A stretch of 64,000 nucleotides of DNA from an uncultured Chloroflexia bacterium (GCA_963731865.1 CAVSXG010000003.1:363596-427595), one strand, 5' to 3'. Counted from the first letter of the stretch, positions 1-15,157 are shown. Numbers and translations are program-made. The notes: a model not told the origin generated them from the letters alone.

Positions 1-13
1 TCGAAGGGCCCTT

Positions 14-22
14 TGCTAGAAT
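14..22 (+). promoter_or_regulatory. Extended -10 promoter element (TGcTAGAAT) for the gap operon
   Basis: TGn-TAGAAT match about 185 nt upstream of the gap ATG. Confidence 0.55.
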
Positions 23-207
23 GGGCCTGTAACCCGAGCGCGTGACGCGAGAGGGTTCCTCCAGCCACCAGGGCTGGTCCTCGTGCGCGATCGGGTCGGG
101 TCCCCTCGGCCGGGTGGTCGAGACGGGGTCTGGCGTTCCGAACCGATCATCAAGTCCCACGATGCGCCCGGCTTGCGGCCCGGCGCCCACCCAGGAGGTC
201 CCGCATC

Positions 208-1228
<1,021 letters not shown>

Positions 1229-1234
1229 CGGGCC

Positions 1235-4314
<3,080 letters not shown>

Positions 4315-4345
4315 CCGGGGGCTCAGCTCCCAGCGCAGAATCGAA

Positions 4346-4370
4346 ATCGCCCCGGGTGACCCGGGGCGAT
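4346..4370. terminator. Hairpin between convergent genes, probable bidirectional terminator
   Basis: Perfect 11-bp stem ATCGCCCCGGG/CCCGGGGCGAT with a 3-nt loop. Confidence 0.65.
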
Positions 4371-4393
4371 CGTCGTTGAGCGGGCCGCTTCAG

Positions 4394-5050
4394 CTACTTG
4401 GTGGCGGTCTTCTTGGGCTTGACGGCGGCCTTCGGCGCCGCCTTCGCGGTCGCCTTCGCCTTCGCGGGCGCGGACGTCTTGCGCGTGGCGGCCTTGGCCC
4501 TGGGTGCGGCCTTTGCCGCCGGGGCCTTTGCGGTCACGGGCTCGGCGGTCGCCGTCGAAGCCTCGGCGGCGGCCTTCGCGGCAGCGGCCTCGGCTCGGGC
4601 GGTCTTGCTCAGCGCGGCGCGTGCCTTGCCGGCCGCGGTCTGGGCGCCCTTGGCCTTGCCGGCCTTGCCTGCCGCGATGCGCGCCTTGGCGGCCTTGGCC
4701 GCGGCGGCCTTGCCCGTGGTCTTGACGACGCGAGAACCGGTCTGCTGGGCCGCGCCACCGATGGCCGCATTGACCTTGATGGTGAGCCGAGACTTGCGGC
4801 GCGCGGCCGCGTTCGGGTGGATCGCGCCGGCCTTCGCCGCGCGGTCAAGCGCGCTGAGCGCTTCGAGGAGGGCGGCGGCAGGGTCGATCGAGTCGGTCGG
4901 CTGCGTCACAGCGGCCAGGGCCTTCGCGACGTACGTCTTGGCGGCGCTGCGCCGAGGCTGGAGAACCTCGCGCCGACGCTCCGCCTGACGGACGCGCTTG
5001 AGCCCCGACGGTGTGCGAGCGCCCGTCCAGGTGCGGGGCGTCTTGGCCAC
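4394..5050 (-). CDS. rpsT: 30S ribosomal protein S20 with a long Ala/Lys-rich C-terminal extension
   Basis: SGLKRVRQAERRR and LDRAAKAGAIHPNAAARRKSRL S20 signatures; GTG start with GAGG SD; TGcTACCAT -10 at 5126..5134; lies near lepA. Confidence 0.9.
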   Translation of the reverse strand: MAKTPRTWTGARTPSGLKRVRQAERRREVLQPRRSAAKTYVAKALAAVTQPTDSIDPAAALLEALSALDRAAKAGAIHPNAAARRKSRLTIKVNAAIGGAAQQTGSRVVKTTGKAAAAKAAKARIAAGKAGKAKGAQTAAGKARAALSKTARAEAAAAKAAAEASTATAEPVTAKAPAAKAAPRAKAATRKTSAPAKAKATAKAAPKAAVKPKKTATK

Positions 5051-5182
5051 GTGGCAAACCTCAGTGTTGGTGGTGGGTTTCGAACATGCACGGCGGCGCG
5101 TGACAGGCGCCGGGCGCGAAGACGGATGGTAGCACAGGTATCCCGAGCCGCCGGCGGTCGCGAGGGTTCGTATCATCCGCCC

Positions 5183-6202
5183 ATGGAGGCAGACCGAGCG
5201 GAATCGATGCTGGCGGTGGCCGAGCAGATCGGCCCCCAGGTCCGTGGACCGGACCCAAAGTCCGCGCTCACCAAACTCGACGAACGGCATGACGACCTGC
5301 TCGCGGCGACGCGATGGTTCGTCGACGCCGGTCGCACCGACGATGCCCTTCGTCTTGTGAACGCCCTCTACCCGTACTGGATCACGCAGCAGGGGTTCGA
5401 AGAAGGCGCCACCTGGTTCGACCTGGTGCTGGAACAGCCCGGTGGCGAAGCTCGCCTTCGAGGTCAGGCCAGCATCTATGGCGGGTTCATGCCGTTCTGG
5501 CTGGGTCGGGACGAACGCGCCGCCGCCTTGTTCGCCGAGGGCCTCGAGATCGGGCGAACGTTCGGCGATCAGGCGATGGCGTCGCAGGCGTTGGGCGGCC
5601 TTTCCCGCGTCGCCCTGCGATCGGACGTCCCCGAGGGCAGGAGGCTCGCCCGCGAAGCGCTCGACACGAGCACGGCCGCCGGAGACGAGCCTGGACGGTC
5701 GAACGCGCTGCATCTCCTCGGCGTCGGCGCCCAGATCGCCGGAGACCTGGTGGAGGCTCGCGAGTGGATGACCCAGCGGCTGGCCCTGGTCCGGTCAGCT
5801 GGCAACGAGTTCCTGGTCGCGTCCGAAGCCTGCAATCTGAGCATGGTCGAGCGCCAGCTCGGAAACCTCGACACGGCCGAAACACTCGCCCGCGAGGCGC
5901 TCGAAATCGAGGAGCGAACGGGCCACCGGTTCACGACGCCATTTGCGATCAGCGGGTTGGCCGCCATCGCCATCGAGCGCGCCGAGCACGAGCGCGCAGC
6001 CACGCTGGTCGGCGCGGCCGAGGCGATCATGGAGGCCCAACAGATGGCCTGGCCACCCGATGAGCGGCCCCACTACGAGCGGATGTTGGCCGTGCTTCCC
6101 GAGGCGATGGGCATCGCCGAGTTTGAAGGCGCGCGGGCGGCCGGCCGGGCCATGGAATCCCCGGAAGCCGTCGCATTCGCCCTGGGCCGTCGCCGCCCGT
6201 GA
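5183..6202 (+). CDS. Tetratricopeptide-repeat protein
   Basis: Repeated helical motifs (LFAEGLEIGR..GD..ALGGL; LAREAL..GD..ALHLLG); ATG 6 nt after TATCAT. Confidence 0.75.
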   Translation: MEADRAESMLAVAEQIGPQVRGPDPKSALTKLDERHDDLLAATRWFVDAGRTDDALRLVNALYPYWITQQGFEEGATWFDLVLEQPGGEARLRGQASIYGGFMPFWLGRDERAAALFAEGLEIGRTFGDQAMASQALGGLSRVALRSDVPEGRRLAREALDTSTAAGDEPGRSNALHLLGVGAQIAGDLVEAREWMTQRLALVRSAGNEFLVASEACNLSMVERQLGNLDTAETLAREALEIEERTGHRFTTPFAISGLAAIAIERAEHERAATLVGAAEAIMEAQQMAWPPDERPHYERMLAVLPEAMGIAEFEGARAAGRAMESPEAVAFALGRRRP

Positions 6203-6215
6203 CTGCGACCCGCGG

Positions 6216-6797
6216 TCAGAGGCGAAAGCCCGGTGGGGTCGCCAGGTCCGGGTGGTCGCGCTCGAATGCGCGGGCGGCGTCGAGCGTGCGGATCCACTCG
6301 TAATACACGCCCTTGGCATGCCGGACCTCAGCGCCGGCGTCCCGCATGTGGCGCAGGCCATGCGCGTGCATGACGCCGGGCGAGAACGTGGCATCCGTTA
6401 CGACGACCACGCGATACGCCCGGTCCATCAGGCCAACGGCTGACTGCGCGACACACACGTCGGTCTCGGCGCCGACGATCACGGCGGTCCGGCGATTGGT
6501 TGCCGAAATGGCGGCAAGGATCTCGGGGACCTCGGTCAGGCCAAAGACTCCTTTCGCCAGGACCGGCGACGCGGCCGGCAGCCAGCGCGTGATCGCTTCG
6601 TCGGTGGGTCCGTTCGTGGCGGCATCCTCCTCCGTCACCACGATCGGCACACCGAGTGCCACCGCGACGCCCGCCAGCCAGCCGGCCACCGCGCGCGACG
6701 CGGCGGCCGTCCGCGCCGTCTCGTCGTCGGCGCCGGAGAACCCCGGTTGGGCGTCGACCACGACCAGCACCGAGTCCGATCGATCGAGCAAGGGCAT
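6216..6797 (-). CDS. Isochorismatase/cysteine hydrolase family protein
   Basis: LVVVDAQ, K..F and GAETDVCVAQS (D-K-C triad pattern). Confidence 0.85.
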   Translation of the reverse strand: MPLLDRSDSVLVVVDAQPGFSGADDETARTAAASRAVAGWLAGVAVALGVPIVVTEEDAATNGPTDEAITRWLPAASPVLAKGVFGLTEVPEILAAISATNRRTAVIVGAETDVCVAQSAVGLMDRAYRVVVVTDATFSPGVMHAHGLRHMRDAGAEVRHAKGVYYEWIRTLDAARAFERDHPDLATPPGFRL

Positions 6798-6854
6798 ATC
6801 GCGCCTCGATGCCTCCGAATGCGACGCTGTGCAGCCTGGATCGCGAGGATGGGG

Positions 6855-7403
6855 TCAGGCCGGTGCGGCCGAATCCCTAAGCGCCTCGAACTCATCGCGA
6901 GTGATCGTGTAGACCGCAGCGTCATGCCACTGGCCACGGTTGTACCAGCTCGCCCGAGCGATCGCTTCCTGGGTGAACCCGGATTTCTCGACGACGCGGC
7001 GTGACGCCTTGTTGTCGACGTGCACGTTGGCCCGGATCCGGTTCGCGTGCCCGGTGTCGAAGAGCCAGCCGGTCAGCAGCCCGAGGGCTTCGGTCGCGAT
7101 CCCCTTCCCGCGCTCGGCCTGATCCAGCAACCGATAGGAGACCTCGATGTCCGGAAGGTCCCCGTTGAGGTGCTCCCAGCCAACGATCCCGACCATCCGC
7201 TCGCTGCGATCGACGATCGCGAAGATGCCTTCGTCTTGCGACCAGAATCCGGATGCGGCGAAGGCTGCCTCGAACTTGGTGAGCGGCGTGCCTGGCAGCG
7301 GGTACCAGGGCCCTCGAGTCTCCAGATCCAGAGAGCTGGCATGGAGCGGTCCGATGTCATCGCCACGGAGCGGGCGAAGGCTGATCTGGCGTCCAGTAAG
7401 CAA
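6855..7403 (-). CDS. GNAT N-acetyltransferase (RimJ/RimL type)
   Basis: RGKGIATEA acetyl-CoA motif; [12 protein letters not shown]. Confidence 0.85.
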   Translation of the reverse strand: MLTGRQISLRPLRGDDIGPLHASSLDLETRGPWYPLPGTPLTKFEAAFAASGFWSQDEGIFAIVDRSERMVGIVGWEHLNGDLPDIEVSYRLLDQAERGKGIATEALGLLTGWLFDTGHANRIRANVHVDNKASRRVVEKSGFTQEAIARASWYNRGQWHDAAVYTITRDEFEALRDSAAPA

Positions 7404-7545
7404 GGCTCGACCCTCCCTTGCGTCTGCCCGCGATCCCGATGGTCACGGTCATGTCCGGGCGATCAGTGTGGCGCCGGGGGTCAACGCTCGCCGGCCCGGC
7501 CGAACCCGGGATGTCGGCCGGCCCGACCCGATACACTCCCGCCCC

Positions 7546-9357
7546 GTGACCATCCCCCAGGATCGCCTCCGCAATTTCAGCATCATCGCGCACATCGACC
7601 ACGGGAAATCCACGCTCGCCGACCGGCTGCTGGAGTTGACCCACACCGTCGAGGGCCGGCAGATGATGAGCCAGGTGCTCGATTCGATGGATCTCGAGCG
7701 CGAGAAGGGGATCACCATCAAGGCCCGGGCCGTGCGCCTCGAATACAAGGCCCGGGACGGCCTCACGTACGGCCTCAATCTCATCGACACGCCTGGACAT
7801 GTCGACTTTGCCTACGAGGTGAGCCACAGCCTGCAGGCGTGTGAAGGCGCGATCCTCGTCGTTGACGCCAGCCAGGGGATCGAGGCCCAGACGCTCGCCA
7901 ACGTCCACCTCGCCCTGCGCGAGGGGCTGACCCTGATCCCCGTGCTCAACAAGATCGACCTGCCGTCCGCCGACCCGGACACGATCATGGAAGAGCTCGA
8001 AAACGTGCTGGCGATCCCCCGCGAAGAGGTGATCCTCGCCTCCGCCAAGGAGGGGACCGGCGTCCCCGAGATTCTCGAGGCGATCGTCTCCCGGATCCCG
8101 GCCCCCAAAGGGGACCCGGCGATGCCGCTCCAGGGTCTGATCTTCGACAGTCACTACGACGCCTACAAGGGCGTTGTCGTCTACGTGCGGCTCGCCCAGG
8201 GCACGCTCCGTCTCGGCGACCCGGTCCGGCTGATGGCCAGTGGCGCGGAGGCCGACCCGCTCGAGCTCGGCGTCTTCAGGCCGCAGCTCGTCCCGGTCAA
8301 GCAGCTCGTGGCCGGCGAGGTCGGGTATGTGGCCACGGGACTCAAGAACGTTCGCGACGCACAGGTGGGCGACACGCTGACCACCGTCGCGCGTCCCGCG
8401 CCGGAGCCGCTCCCCGGGTACCAGGAGGCCAAGAGCCTGGTCTTTGCGGGCATCTATCCGGTCAGCGGCGAGGACTACCCGCTCCTGCGCGAGGCCCTCG
8501 AGAAGCTCCACCTCAACGACGCCTCGTTCACCTACGAGCCGGAAAGCTCGGTGGCACTCGGGTTCGGCTTCCGCTGCGGGTTCCTTGGCCTCCTCCACAT
8601 GGAGATCGTGCAGGAGCGTCTCGAGCGCGAGTTCGACCTCGAGCTCATCGCTTCTGCGCCATCGGTCGAGTACCACGTCAACCGGACGCTCGGCCGCGGG
8701 ATGCTGGCGATCGACAACCCGGCACGGCTCCCGAACCCGACCGACATCGAATCGATCGAGGAGCCATGGGTGACGCTGAGCGTGGTCACGCCGACCCAGT
8801 ACATCGGTCCGCTCATGGAGCTCTCGACCAACCGACGGGGCACCTTCATGACCATGGAGTACCTCGACCCGACCCGCGTCGTGCTCCATTTCGAGATGCC
8901 ACTGGCCGAGCTGATCGTCGACTACTTCGACAAGCTCAAGAGCCGGAGCCAGGGATACGCATCGATGGACTACGAGGAGCTTGGGTACCGACCAGCGAAC
9001 CTCGCCAAGGTGGACATCCTGGTCAACGGCGAGCCGGTCGATGCCCTCTCATTGATCGTCCACCGCGATCGCGCCCAGTCGACGGGGCGCGCCCTGACCG
9101 AACGGCTCAAGGAGCTCATCCCCCGCCAGATGTTCGAGATCCCGATCCAGGCCGCCATCGGCTCGAACGTGATTGCCCGCGAATCGGTCCGGGCCATGCG
9201 CAAGAACGTGCTGGCCAAGTGCTACGGTGGCGACATCACCCGCAAGCGAAAGCTCCTCGAGAAGCAGAAAGAGGGCAAGCAGCGGATGAAACGGGTTGGA
9301 TCCGTCGAGATCCCGCAGGAGGCCTTCCTGGCGATGCTCCGCATGGACGAGGGCTGA
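7546..9357 (+). CDS. lepA: Translation elongation factor 4
   Basis: [46 protein letters not shown] and [14 protein letters not shown] motifs. Confidence 0.97.
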   Translation: MTIPQDRLRNFSIIAHIDHGKSTLADRLLELTHTVEGRQMMSQVLDSMDLEREKGITIKARAVRLEYKARDGLTYGLNLIDTPGHVDFAYEVSHSLQACEGAILVVDASQGIEAQTLANVHLALREGLTLIPVLNKIDLPSADPDTIMEELENVLAIPREEVILASAKEGTGVPEILEAIVSRIPAPKGDPAMPLQGLIFDSHYDAYKGVVVYVRLAQGTLRLGDPVRLMASGAEADPLELGVFRPQLVPVKQLVAGEVGYVATGLKNVRDAQVGDTLTTVARPAPEPLPGYQEAKSLVFAGIYPVSGEDYPLLREALEKLHLNDASFTYEPESSVALGFGFRCGFLGLLHMEIVQERLEREFDLELIASAPSVEYHVNRTLGRGMLAIDNPARLPNPTDIESIEEPWVTLSVVTPTQYIGPLMELSTNRRGTFMTMEYLDPTRVVLHFEMPLAELIVDYFDKLKSRSQGYASMDYEELGYRPANLAKVDILVNGEPVDALSLIVHRDRAQSTGRALTERLKELIPRQMFEIPIQAAIGSNVIARESVRAMRKNVLAKCYGGDITRKRKLLEKQKEGKQRMKRVGSVEIPQEAFLAMLRMDEG

Positions 9358-9367
9358 CGCTCACCCG

Positions 9368-10138
9368 ATGGACGACTTCATCATCCTGTCGCGGTCGTTG
9401 ATCGCGGTCGGCCTGACGCTCCTGCTGGCGATGCTGCGGGTCGACGCCGAGCGCTTCGGGACCGCCGAGTACTACGAGGCAACAGGAGCCGGCGAACGAC
9501 CGAGGGTCCGTCGCCGGCTCGCGTGGTACGGGCTGGGTTTCGGGATCGCTGTCCTGATCCTGACGATCCATCCAGCCGCCCGTTCGGAGCTGTTCCTGGG
9601 ATCGGGCGACAGGCTCGGTGCGGTGCTCGGCGGGATCGCATTCGGTGGCCTGGGCGTGCTCGTCGCGGCGGGCTTCGCCAGCTACCGGTATCACCGCATC
9701 CGACTGCCGGCCGAGAGCTCGTATCCGGGGGCGCTGCTCAACTCCACGGCCACGGCCTTCATCGATGAGGTCGCCTTCCGTGGCGCGCTGTTTGGCCTCC
9801 TCCTGAGCGGCGGCATCGACCCAACGCTCGCCAACCTCGGCCAGACCGTCGTCTACGCGCTGGCGACGAGACTCGGCGCACCTGGCCGTGACCGCTACCT
9901 GCTCGGGCTGACGCTCGGGATCGGGTTCATCGGCGGCTGGCTCACCGCGGTCACCGGTGGGATCGCGGCGTCGTTCCTGGGGCACGCGGTCACCCGGTTC
10001 GCCGTTTTCCTGTGCACCGGACACATCGGCCAGACGCTCCCGCGCGGCCGAGAGGTCGAGGAGATCGAACGCCGTCGACGGCCGCCCGACGGCTGGCGGG
10101 TCATCGGTACGCGGGAGTCCCCGACGCGCGATCGTTGA
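9368..10138 (+). CDS. CPBP (Abi/CAAX) family intramembrane glutamic endopeptidase
   Basis: Multi-TM protein; DEVAFRG (EExxFR-like) and GHAVT (HxxxN-like) motifs, partly degenerate. Confidence 0.7.
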   Translation: MDDFIILSRSLIAVGLTLLLAMLRVDAERFGTAEYYEATGAGERPRVRRRLAWYGLGFGIAVLILTIHPAARSELFLGSGDRLGAVLGGIAFGGLGVLVAAGFASYRYHRIRLPAESSYPGALLNSTATAFIDEVAFRGALFGLLLSGGIDPTLANLGQTVVYALATRLGAPGRDRYLLGLTLGIGFIGGWLTAVTGGIAASFLGHAVTRFAVFLCTGHIGQTLPRGREVEEIERRRRPPDGWRVIGTRESPTRDR

Positions 10139-11419
10139 GGGACGTCGTTTCGCCGACCCTGCCAGCGGGCGAGGCCCCGCCCGCGCCTCGGGCGCTCGCA
10201 CCGATTGCCGGTCCTCCAGTCGCCCTCTACATCCACGTGCCGTTCTGCGTCTCGCTCTGTCCGTATTGCGACTTCGTGGTCTACGCGGGTGCGGCGGCGC
10301 GCGGACCTCGGGCACGCGTGGAGGCGTTCCTCGCGGCCGTGGCGACCGAGGTCGAGCTTCGGGCGGACGCGCTGGACGCGACGTTCGGGATGACTCGATC
10401 GCCGCTCGAGACCGTCTATCTCGGTGGAGGAACACCGTCCCTGTTGCCGGCGGACGCCGTGGCGTCGTTGCTCGAGCGTGTCGCCGCGCGGTTCGGTCTC
10501 GCGGCGGACGCCGAGGTCACGATCGAGGCCAACCCTGGGCCGGACGAACGTGGTGACGCGGCCGCCCTCCGCCACGCCGGCGTCACCCGCATCTCGCTGG
10601 GTGCGCAGTCGCTCGCCGACGACGAGTTGCGGATTCTCGGTCGACGCCATCGCGCCACGGACGTGGCGGCAGCGGTCGAGGCGGCGCGCGACGGTGGGAT
10701 CGCGTCGGTGAGCCTCGACCTGCTCTACGACATCCCGGACAGCTCGATGGACACCTGGGCTTCGACGCTTGACGCGGCCCTGGCGCTCGAGCCGGATCAC
10801 CTCTCGCTCTACGCTCTGACCCTCGACGACCCGGAGGCGGAGGGGCTGACCGGAACGAGCGGCGACCACCTGCCGACCACGAGCGGGGCGCGCCGGTGGC
10901 GTCAGCGAGCCCGTCCACGACAGGACGAGGATCGAGCCGCCGACCAGTACCTCCACGCGGTCGCTCGCCTGGCAGCGGACGGCTGGCGCGGCTATGAGAT
11001 CAGCAACTGGGCACGACCGGGGCACATAAGCCGGCACAACCTCGTCTATTGGCAGCATCGGCCGTACGAGGCGGTCGGCCCCGGAGCCCACGCGTTCGAC
11101 GGGGTCACGCGACGCTGGAATGGGGCCCGGCTCGACGGCTACCTGGCGGCGCTCGTGCCGCCCGCGGGCGATCGTGCGCGGCTGCCGCCGGGCGACTGCG
11201 AGCATCTCGACCCGGATACCATGGCGGCCGAGGCCATCATCGTGGGACTCCGGACGGACCATGGTGTTCGGGGAAACGGCCGCCTCGGACGACAGGTTCC
11301 GCGACGCATTCCAGTGGGCCGGTACGGCCGGCCTCATCGACCGCACCGCGGACGCCCGCATCCGATTGACGACCCGGGGCCGCCTGCTCTCGAACGAGCT
11401 CTTCGCGCGGTTGCTCTAG
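10135..11419 (+). CDS. hemW: Radical SAM heme chaperone HemW (HemN-like), with a +1 frameshift near 11270
   Basis: LYIHVPFCVSLCPYCDF, GGGTPS, EANP, YEISNW and HNLVYW; C-terminal LTTRGRLLSNE in the next frame; directly upstream of hrcA. Confidence 0.88.
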
Positions 11420-11432
11420 CGCCCGAGCCGCG

Positions 11433-11462
11433 TTGACACTCGGCCTCCCCGACTGCTACGAT
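11433..11462 (+). promoter_or_regulatory. Sigma-70/A promoter of the hrcA operon
   Basis: TTGACA-18 nt-TACGAT. Confidence 0.8.
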
Positions 11463-11476
11463 GCCGATCCACACCG

Positions 11477-11503
11477 TTAGCACTCTCCACGTTAGAGTGC
11501 TAA
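11477..11503. promoter_or_regulatory. CIRCE element (HrcA operator)
   Basis: Exact TTAGCACTC-N9-GAGTGCTAA. Confidence 0.97.
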
Positions 11504-11516
11504 CTCACTCGGGAGA

Positions 11517-12587
11517 ATGGCCTTGGCGCGACGACGCCGCCCCATTGGCCCCCTGGACCTCCGCGCGCAGGCGATCCTTCGGGCCGTCATAGAGGAATAC
11601 GTCACAACCGCCACACCGGTCGGCAGCATGGCGCTCGTCGAGCGGTACGGCCTTGGTGTGTCCAGTGCCACCGTTCGCAACATCCTTGCCGAGCTCGAGG
11701 CCAACGGCCTGCTGACGCATCCGCACACCTCCGCGGGCCGGATCCCGACCGATGCCGGGTACCGGTTCTTTGTCGAGTCGATCGTGGAGGCCGTGCCGCT
11801 CCCCGCCGTCGAGCAGCTGATGATCCGCCACCAGTTCGGCCAGGTCGAGTTCGCGAGCGAGCACTGGTTCCGCCTCGCGGCGACGACGCTCGCGTCGATG
11901 ACGCGCTCCGCCGGGATCGCCACGCCGGCCAAGCCGCGCGACGCCCATATCCGCCGGATCGACCTGGTGGCCATCAACGAACGGATGGCGAGCCTGATCC
12001 TCGTGCTGCGTGAAGGGTCGATCAAGCAGGCGGTCATCTCGGTCGATGGTGACGAGACCCTCGACCAGCCAACGCTCAACCAGGCGGCAGCGCTGCTCAA
12101 CGATCGCCTCGTCGACCTCACCGCGTCGCGGGCGACGGCGCGGCTGGCGTCCCTGGGAGACGGGCCGGTCGAGCGCCTTGCCCGCCGGGTCGGCGAGCGG
12201 ATCGTCAGGATCGTCAAGGAATACGATGCCGCGACGATCGAGGAAGTCTTCAGCGACGGCTTGCTCAACGTCATGGCGGCGCCCGAGTTCGCCCAGAGCG
12301 ACAAACTCCGGCGGGTCTTCAGCGCGCTGGAGAACCGGGCGTATCTGGGCCAGCTCGTCGGCAGCGTGGCCGGGGCCGGTCGGATCCAGGTCTTCATCGG
12401 TCACGAGAACCAGCCGCTCGAGATGCAGGACGTTTCCCTCGTCCTTGCGCCGTACGGCCAGCCGGGCCGCGCGATGGGCGTGGTCGGCGTGCTGGGGCCG
12501 ACGCGGATGTCCTATTCCCAGGCGATCGGCACCGTCCGGTTCGTGTCTGGACTCATGAACGAATTGGTGGATCACCTCTATGCCTGA
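11517..12587 (+). CDS. hrcA: Heat-inducible transcription repressor HrcA
   Basis: PVGS, SSATVRN, HPHTSAGRIPTDAGYR and GVLGPTRMSY; adjacent CIRCE. Confidence 0.96.
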   Translation: MALARRRRPIGPLDLRAQAILRAVIEEYVTTATPVGSMALVERYGLGVSSATVRNILAELEANGLLTHPHTSAGRIPTDAGYRFFVESIVEAVPLPAVEQLMIRHQFGQVEFASEHWFRLAATTLASMTRSAGIATPAKPRDAHIRRIDLVAINERMASLILVLREGSIKQAVISVDGDETLDQPTLNQAAALLNDRLVDLTASRATARLASLGDGPVERLARRVGERIVRIVKEYDAATIEEVFSDGLLNVMAAPEFAQSDKLRRVFSALENRAYLGQLVGSVAGAGRIQVFIGHENQPLEMQDVSLVLAPYGQPGRAMGVVGVLGPTRMSYSQAIGTVRFVSGLMNELVDHLYA

Positions 12588-13179
12588 ACGACGACGCACG
12601 CGCGCCCAGGAGCGCGCGGACGCCATCGATGTCTCGGGGACCGCCCTGGTGGCCCAGATCGAGAAGCTGACCGGCGAGCTCGACACGGCACGCAAGGACA
12701 GCGACGAATTGGTCAATGCCCTCCAGCGCGAGCGTGCCGAGTTCCAGAACTTCCGCCGGCGCACGGCCGAGGAACGCCTCCGCGAGCTCGGTCTGGCGGG
12801 CGAGGACCTCATCCGCAAGGTCCTGGTCGTCGCCGACGATTTCGATCGCGCCATCGAGGCGCGACCGTCGTCGATCGCGCATGACCCGTGGTTCGAGGGC
12901 ATTGCCGCCATCGATCGCAAACTGCGCCAGCTCCTCGAGAGCGAGGGCGTGACCGCCATCGATGCGTCGGCGGGCAAGCCGTTCGACCCACGCGAGCACG
13001 AGGCGATCGCAAACGTGCCCGGCACCGGTCGCGAGGAAGGCGAGATCGTCGAGGAGGTCCGGCGCGGGTATCGCCTCCGCGATCGCGTCATCCGCCCGGC
13101 CCTGGTCGCCGTGGCCGCCAACACCACTGATGAAACGGCGGAGGCCGACTCCGCTTCCCGACCCCCGCACATCAACTAA
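12580..13179 (+). CDS. grpE: Nucleotide exchange factor GrpE
   Basis: RAEFQNFRRR, FDPREHEA and GYRLRDRVIRPALV. Confidence 0.95.
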   Translation: MPERRRTRAQERADAIDVSGTALVAQIEKLTGELDTARKDSDELVNALQRERAEFQNFRRRTAEERLRELGLAGEDLIRKVLVVADDFDRAIEARPSSIAHDPWFEGIAAIDRKLRQLLESEGVTAIDASAGKPFDPREHEAIANVPGTGREEGEIVEEVRRGYRLRDRVIRPALVAVAANTTDETAEADSASRPPHIN

Positions 13180-13194
13180 GGAGCAACACACGAC

Positions 13195-15132
13195 ATGGGC
13201 AAGATCATCGGCATCGATCTGGGCACGACGAACTCTGTCGTCGCCGTGATGGAGGGCGGCGAACCGACCGTCATTCCGTCGGCCGAGGGTGGCCGGACGA
13301 TCCCGTCCGTGGTCGCCTTCACCAAGACCGGCGAGCGCCTGGTCGGCCAGCTGGCCAAGCGCCAGGCGGTCACCAACCCGGCCAACACCGTCTTCTCTAT
13401 CAAGCGCTTCATGGGGCGCCGCTGGGACGACCCGGAGGTCAAGCGCTCCAAGGGCCTCGTGCCCTACGAGATCGACAAGGACGCCAAGAGCGACGGCGTG
13501 ATGGTCAAGGTCGGTGACGACAAGAGCTACACGCCGCCCGAGATCAGCGCGATGATCCTGCAGAAGCTCAAGACGGACGCGGAGGCCTACCTCGGCGAGA
13601 AGATCACCGAGGCGGTCATCACCGTCCCGGCGTACTTCGACGACACCCAGCGCCAGGCGACCAAGGACGCCGGGCGGATCGCCGGGCTCGAGGTCAAGCG
13701 GATCATCAACGAGCCGACCGCGTCGGCGCTCGCGTACGGCCTCGACAAGAAGCACGACGAGAAGATCGCCGTCTACGACCTGGGCGGCGGCACCTTCGAC
13801 ATCTCGATCCTCGAGCTGGGTGAGGGCGTCTTCGAGGTCAAGGCAACCAATGGCGACACGCACCTCGGTGGCGACGACTTCGACCAGCGGGTCATCGACT
13901 GGCTGCTGGCCGAGTTCAAGAAGGAACAAGGCATCGACCTGGCCAAGGACCAGCAGGCGTTGCAGCGGCTCAAGGAAGCCGCGGAGAAGGCAAAGATCGA
14001 GCTCAGCTCGACCGCCACGACCGAGATCAACCTGCCGTACGTCACGGCCGACGCCACGGGCCCCAAGCACCTGGTCGTGTCCCTGACGCGCGCCAAGCTC
14101 GAGGACCTGGTCGCGGACCTCGTCGCCAAGACCGAGGGTCCGGTCAAGGCTGCGCTCAAGGATGCCGGGCTCAAGCCCGGCGACATCGACGAGGTGATCC
14201 TTGTCGGTGGCATGACCCGCATGCCGGCGGTCGTCGAGGCCGTCAAGAAGATGTTCGGTGGCAAGGAGCCGCACAAGGGGGTCAACCCCGACGAGGTCGT
14301 AGCCATTGGCGCGGCGATCCAGGCGGGTGTCCTGGCCGGCGACGTCAAGGACGTCCTGCTCCTGGACGTGACCCCGCTGTCGCTCGGGATCGAGACGCTC
14401 GGCGGCGTGATGACCAAGCTCATCGAGCGCAACACCACCATCCCGACGTCCAAGTCGCAGGTGTTCTCGACCGCGTCGGACAACCAGAACCAGGTCGAGA
14501 TCCATGTGCTCCAGGGCGAGCGCGACTTTGCGGCCGACAACAAGACCCTGGGTCGGTTCATCCTCGACGGGATTCCGCCAGCGCCACGCGGGATCCCGCA
14601 GATCGAGGTCACCTTTGACATCGATGCCAACGGGATCCTCGACGTCAAGGCCAAGGATCGCGCCACCGGCAAGGAGCAGCAGGTCCGGATCACGGCGTCG
14701 TCCATGCTCGACAAGAGCGCGGTCGACCAGATGGTTCGCGACGCCGAGGCGCATGCCGACGAGGACCGCACGCGGCGTGAAGAGGTCGAGATCCGCAACC
14801 AGGCTGAAGCACTCAGCTTCCAGGGCGAACGGACCATCAAGGACCTAGGCGACAAGGTCTCGTCCGAGGACAAGGCCGAAACCGAGAACCGGATCGAGTC
14901 GCTGCGCGAAGCCCTCAAGGGCTCCGACATCGAAGCGGTCAAGACCGGGATGACGGCCCTGGCCGAGACGCTCCAGCGCGTTTCGACGGCCGCCTACCAG
15001 GCAGCCTCGTCTGCCGGGGAGTCAGGCAATGGCTCGACCGACGGGACGGGTGCGGCCGATGGCGATGCCCCCGAGGGTGAGGCCGCGTCGCCGGACGAGG
15101 AAACGGTCGAAGGAGAATTCAAGGAGGTCTGA
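13195..15132 (+). CDS. dnaK: Chaperone DnaK
   Basis: [23 protein letters not shown] and [19 protein letters not shown]. Confidence 0.98.
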   Translation: MGKIIGIDLGTTNSVVAVMEGGEPTVIPSAEGGRTIPSVVAFTKTGERLVGQLAKRQAVTNPANTVFSIKRFMGRRWDDPEVKRSKGLVPYEIDKDAKSDGVMVKVGDDKSYTPPEISAMILQKLKTDAEAYLGEKITEAVITVPAYFDDTQRQATKDAGRIAGLEVKRIINEPTASALAYGLDKKHDEKIAVYDLGGGTFDISILELGEGVFEVKATNGDTHLGGDDFDQRVIDWLLAEFKKEQGIDLAKDQQALQRLKEAAEKAKIELSSTATTEINLPYVTADATGPKHLVVSLTRAKLEDLVADLVAKTEGPVKAALKDAGLKPGDIDEVILVGGMTRMPAVVEAVKKMFGGKEPHKGVNPDEVVAIGAAIQAGVLAGDVKDVLLLDVTPLSLGIETLGGVMTKLIERNTTIPTSKSQVFSTASDNQNQVEIHVLQGERDFAADNKTLGRFILDGIPPAPRGIPQIEVTFDIDANGILDVKAKDRATGKEQQVRITASSMLDKSAVDQMVRDAEAHADEDRTRREEVEIRNQAEALSFQGERTIKDLGDKVSSEDKAETENRIESLREALKGSDIEAVKTGMTALAETLQRVSTAAYQAASSAGESGNGSTDGTGAADGDAPEGEAASPDEETVEGEFKEV

Positions 15133-15157
15133 GCCGCGACCTCGCCAGTGCCTGAAC

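Noticed and set aside
5051-5713. N-terminal half of the 439-aa ORF containing rpsT
   Set aside because: Antisense shadow of the TPR gene; rpsT has its own SD, GTG at 5050 and promoter.
12553-14942. Long antisense ORFs opposite dnaK and other genes
   Set aside because: Expected stop-poor shadow frames in high-GC coding DNA, with no domain motifs.
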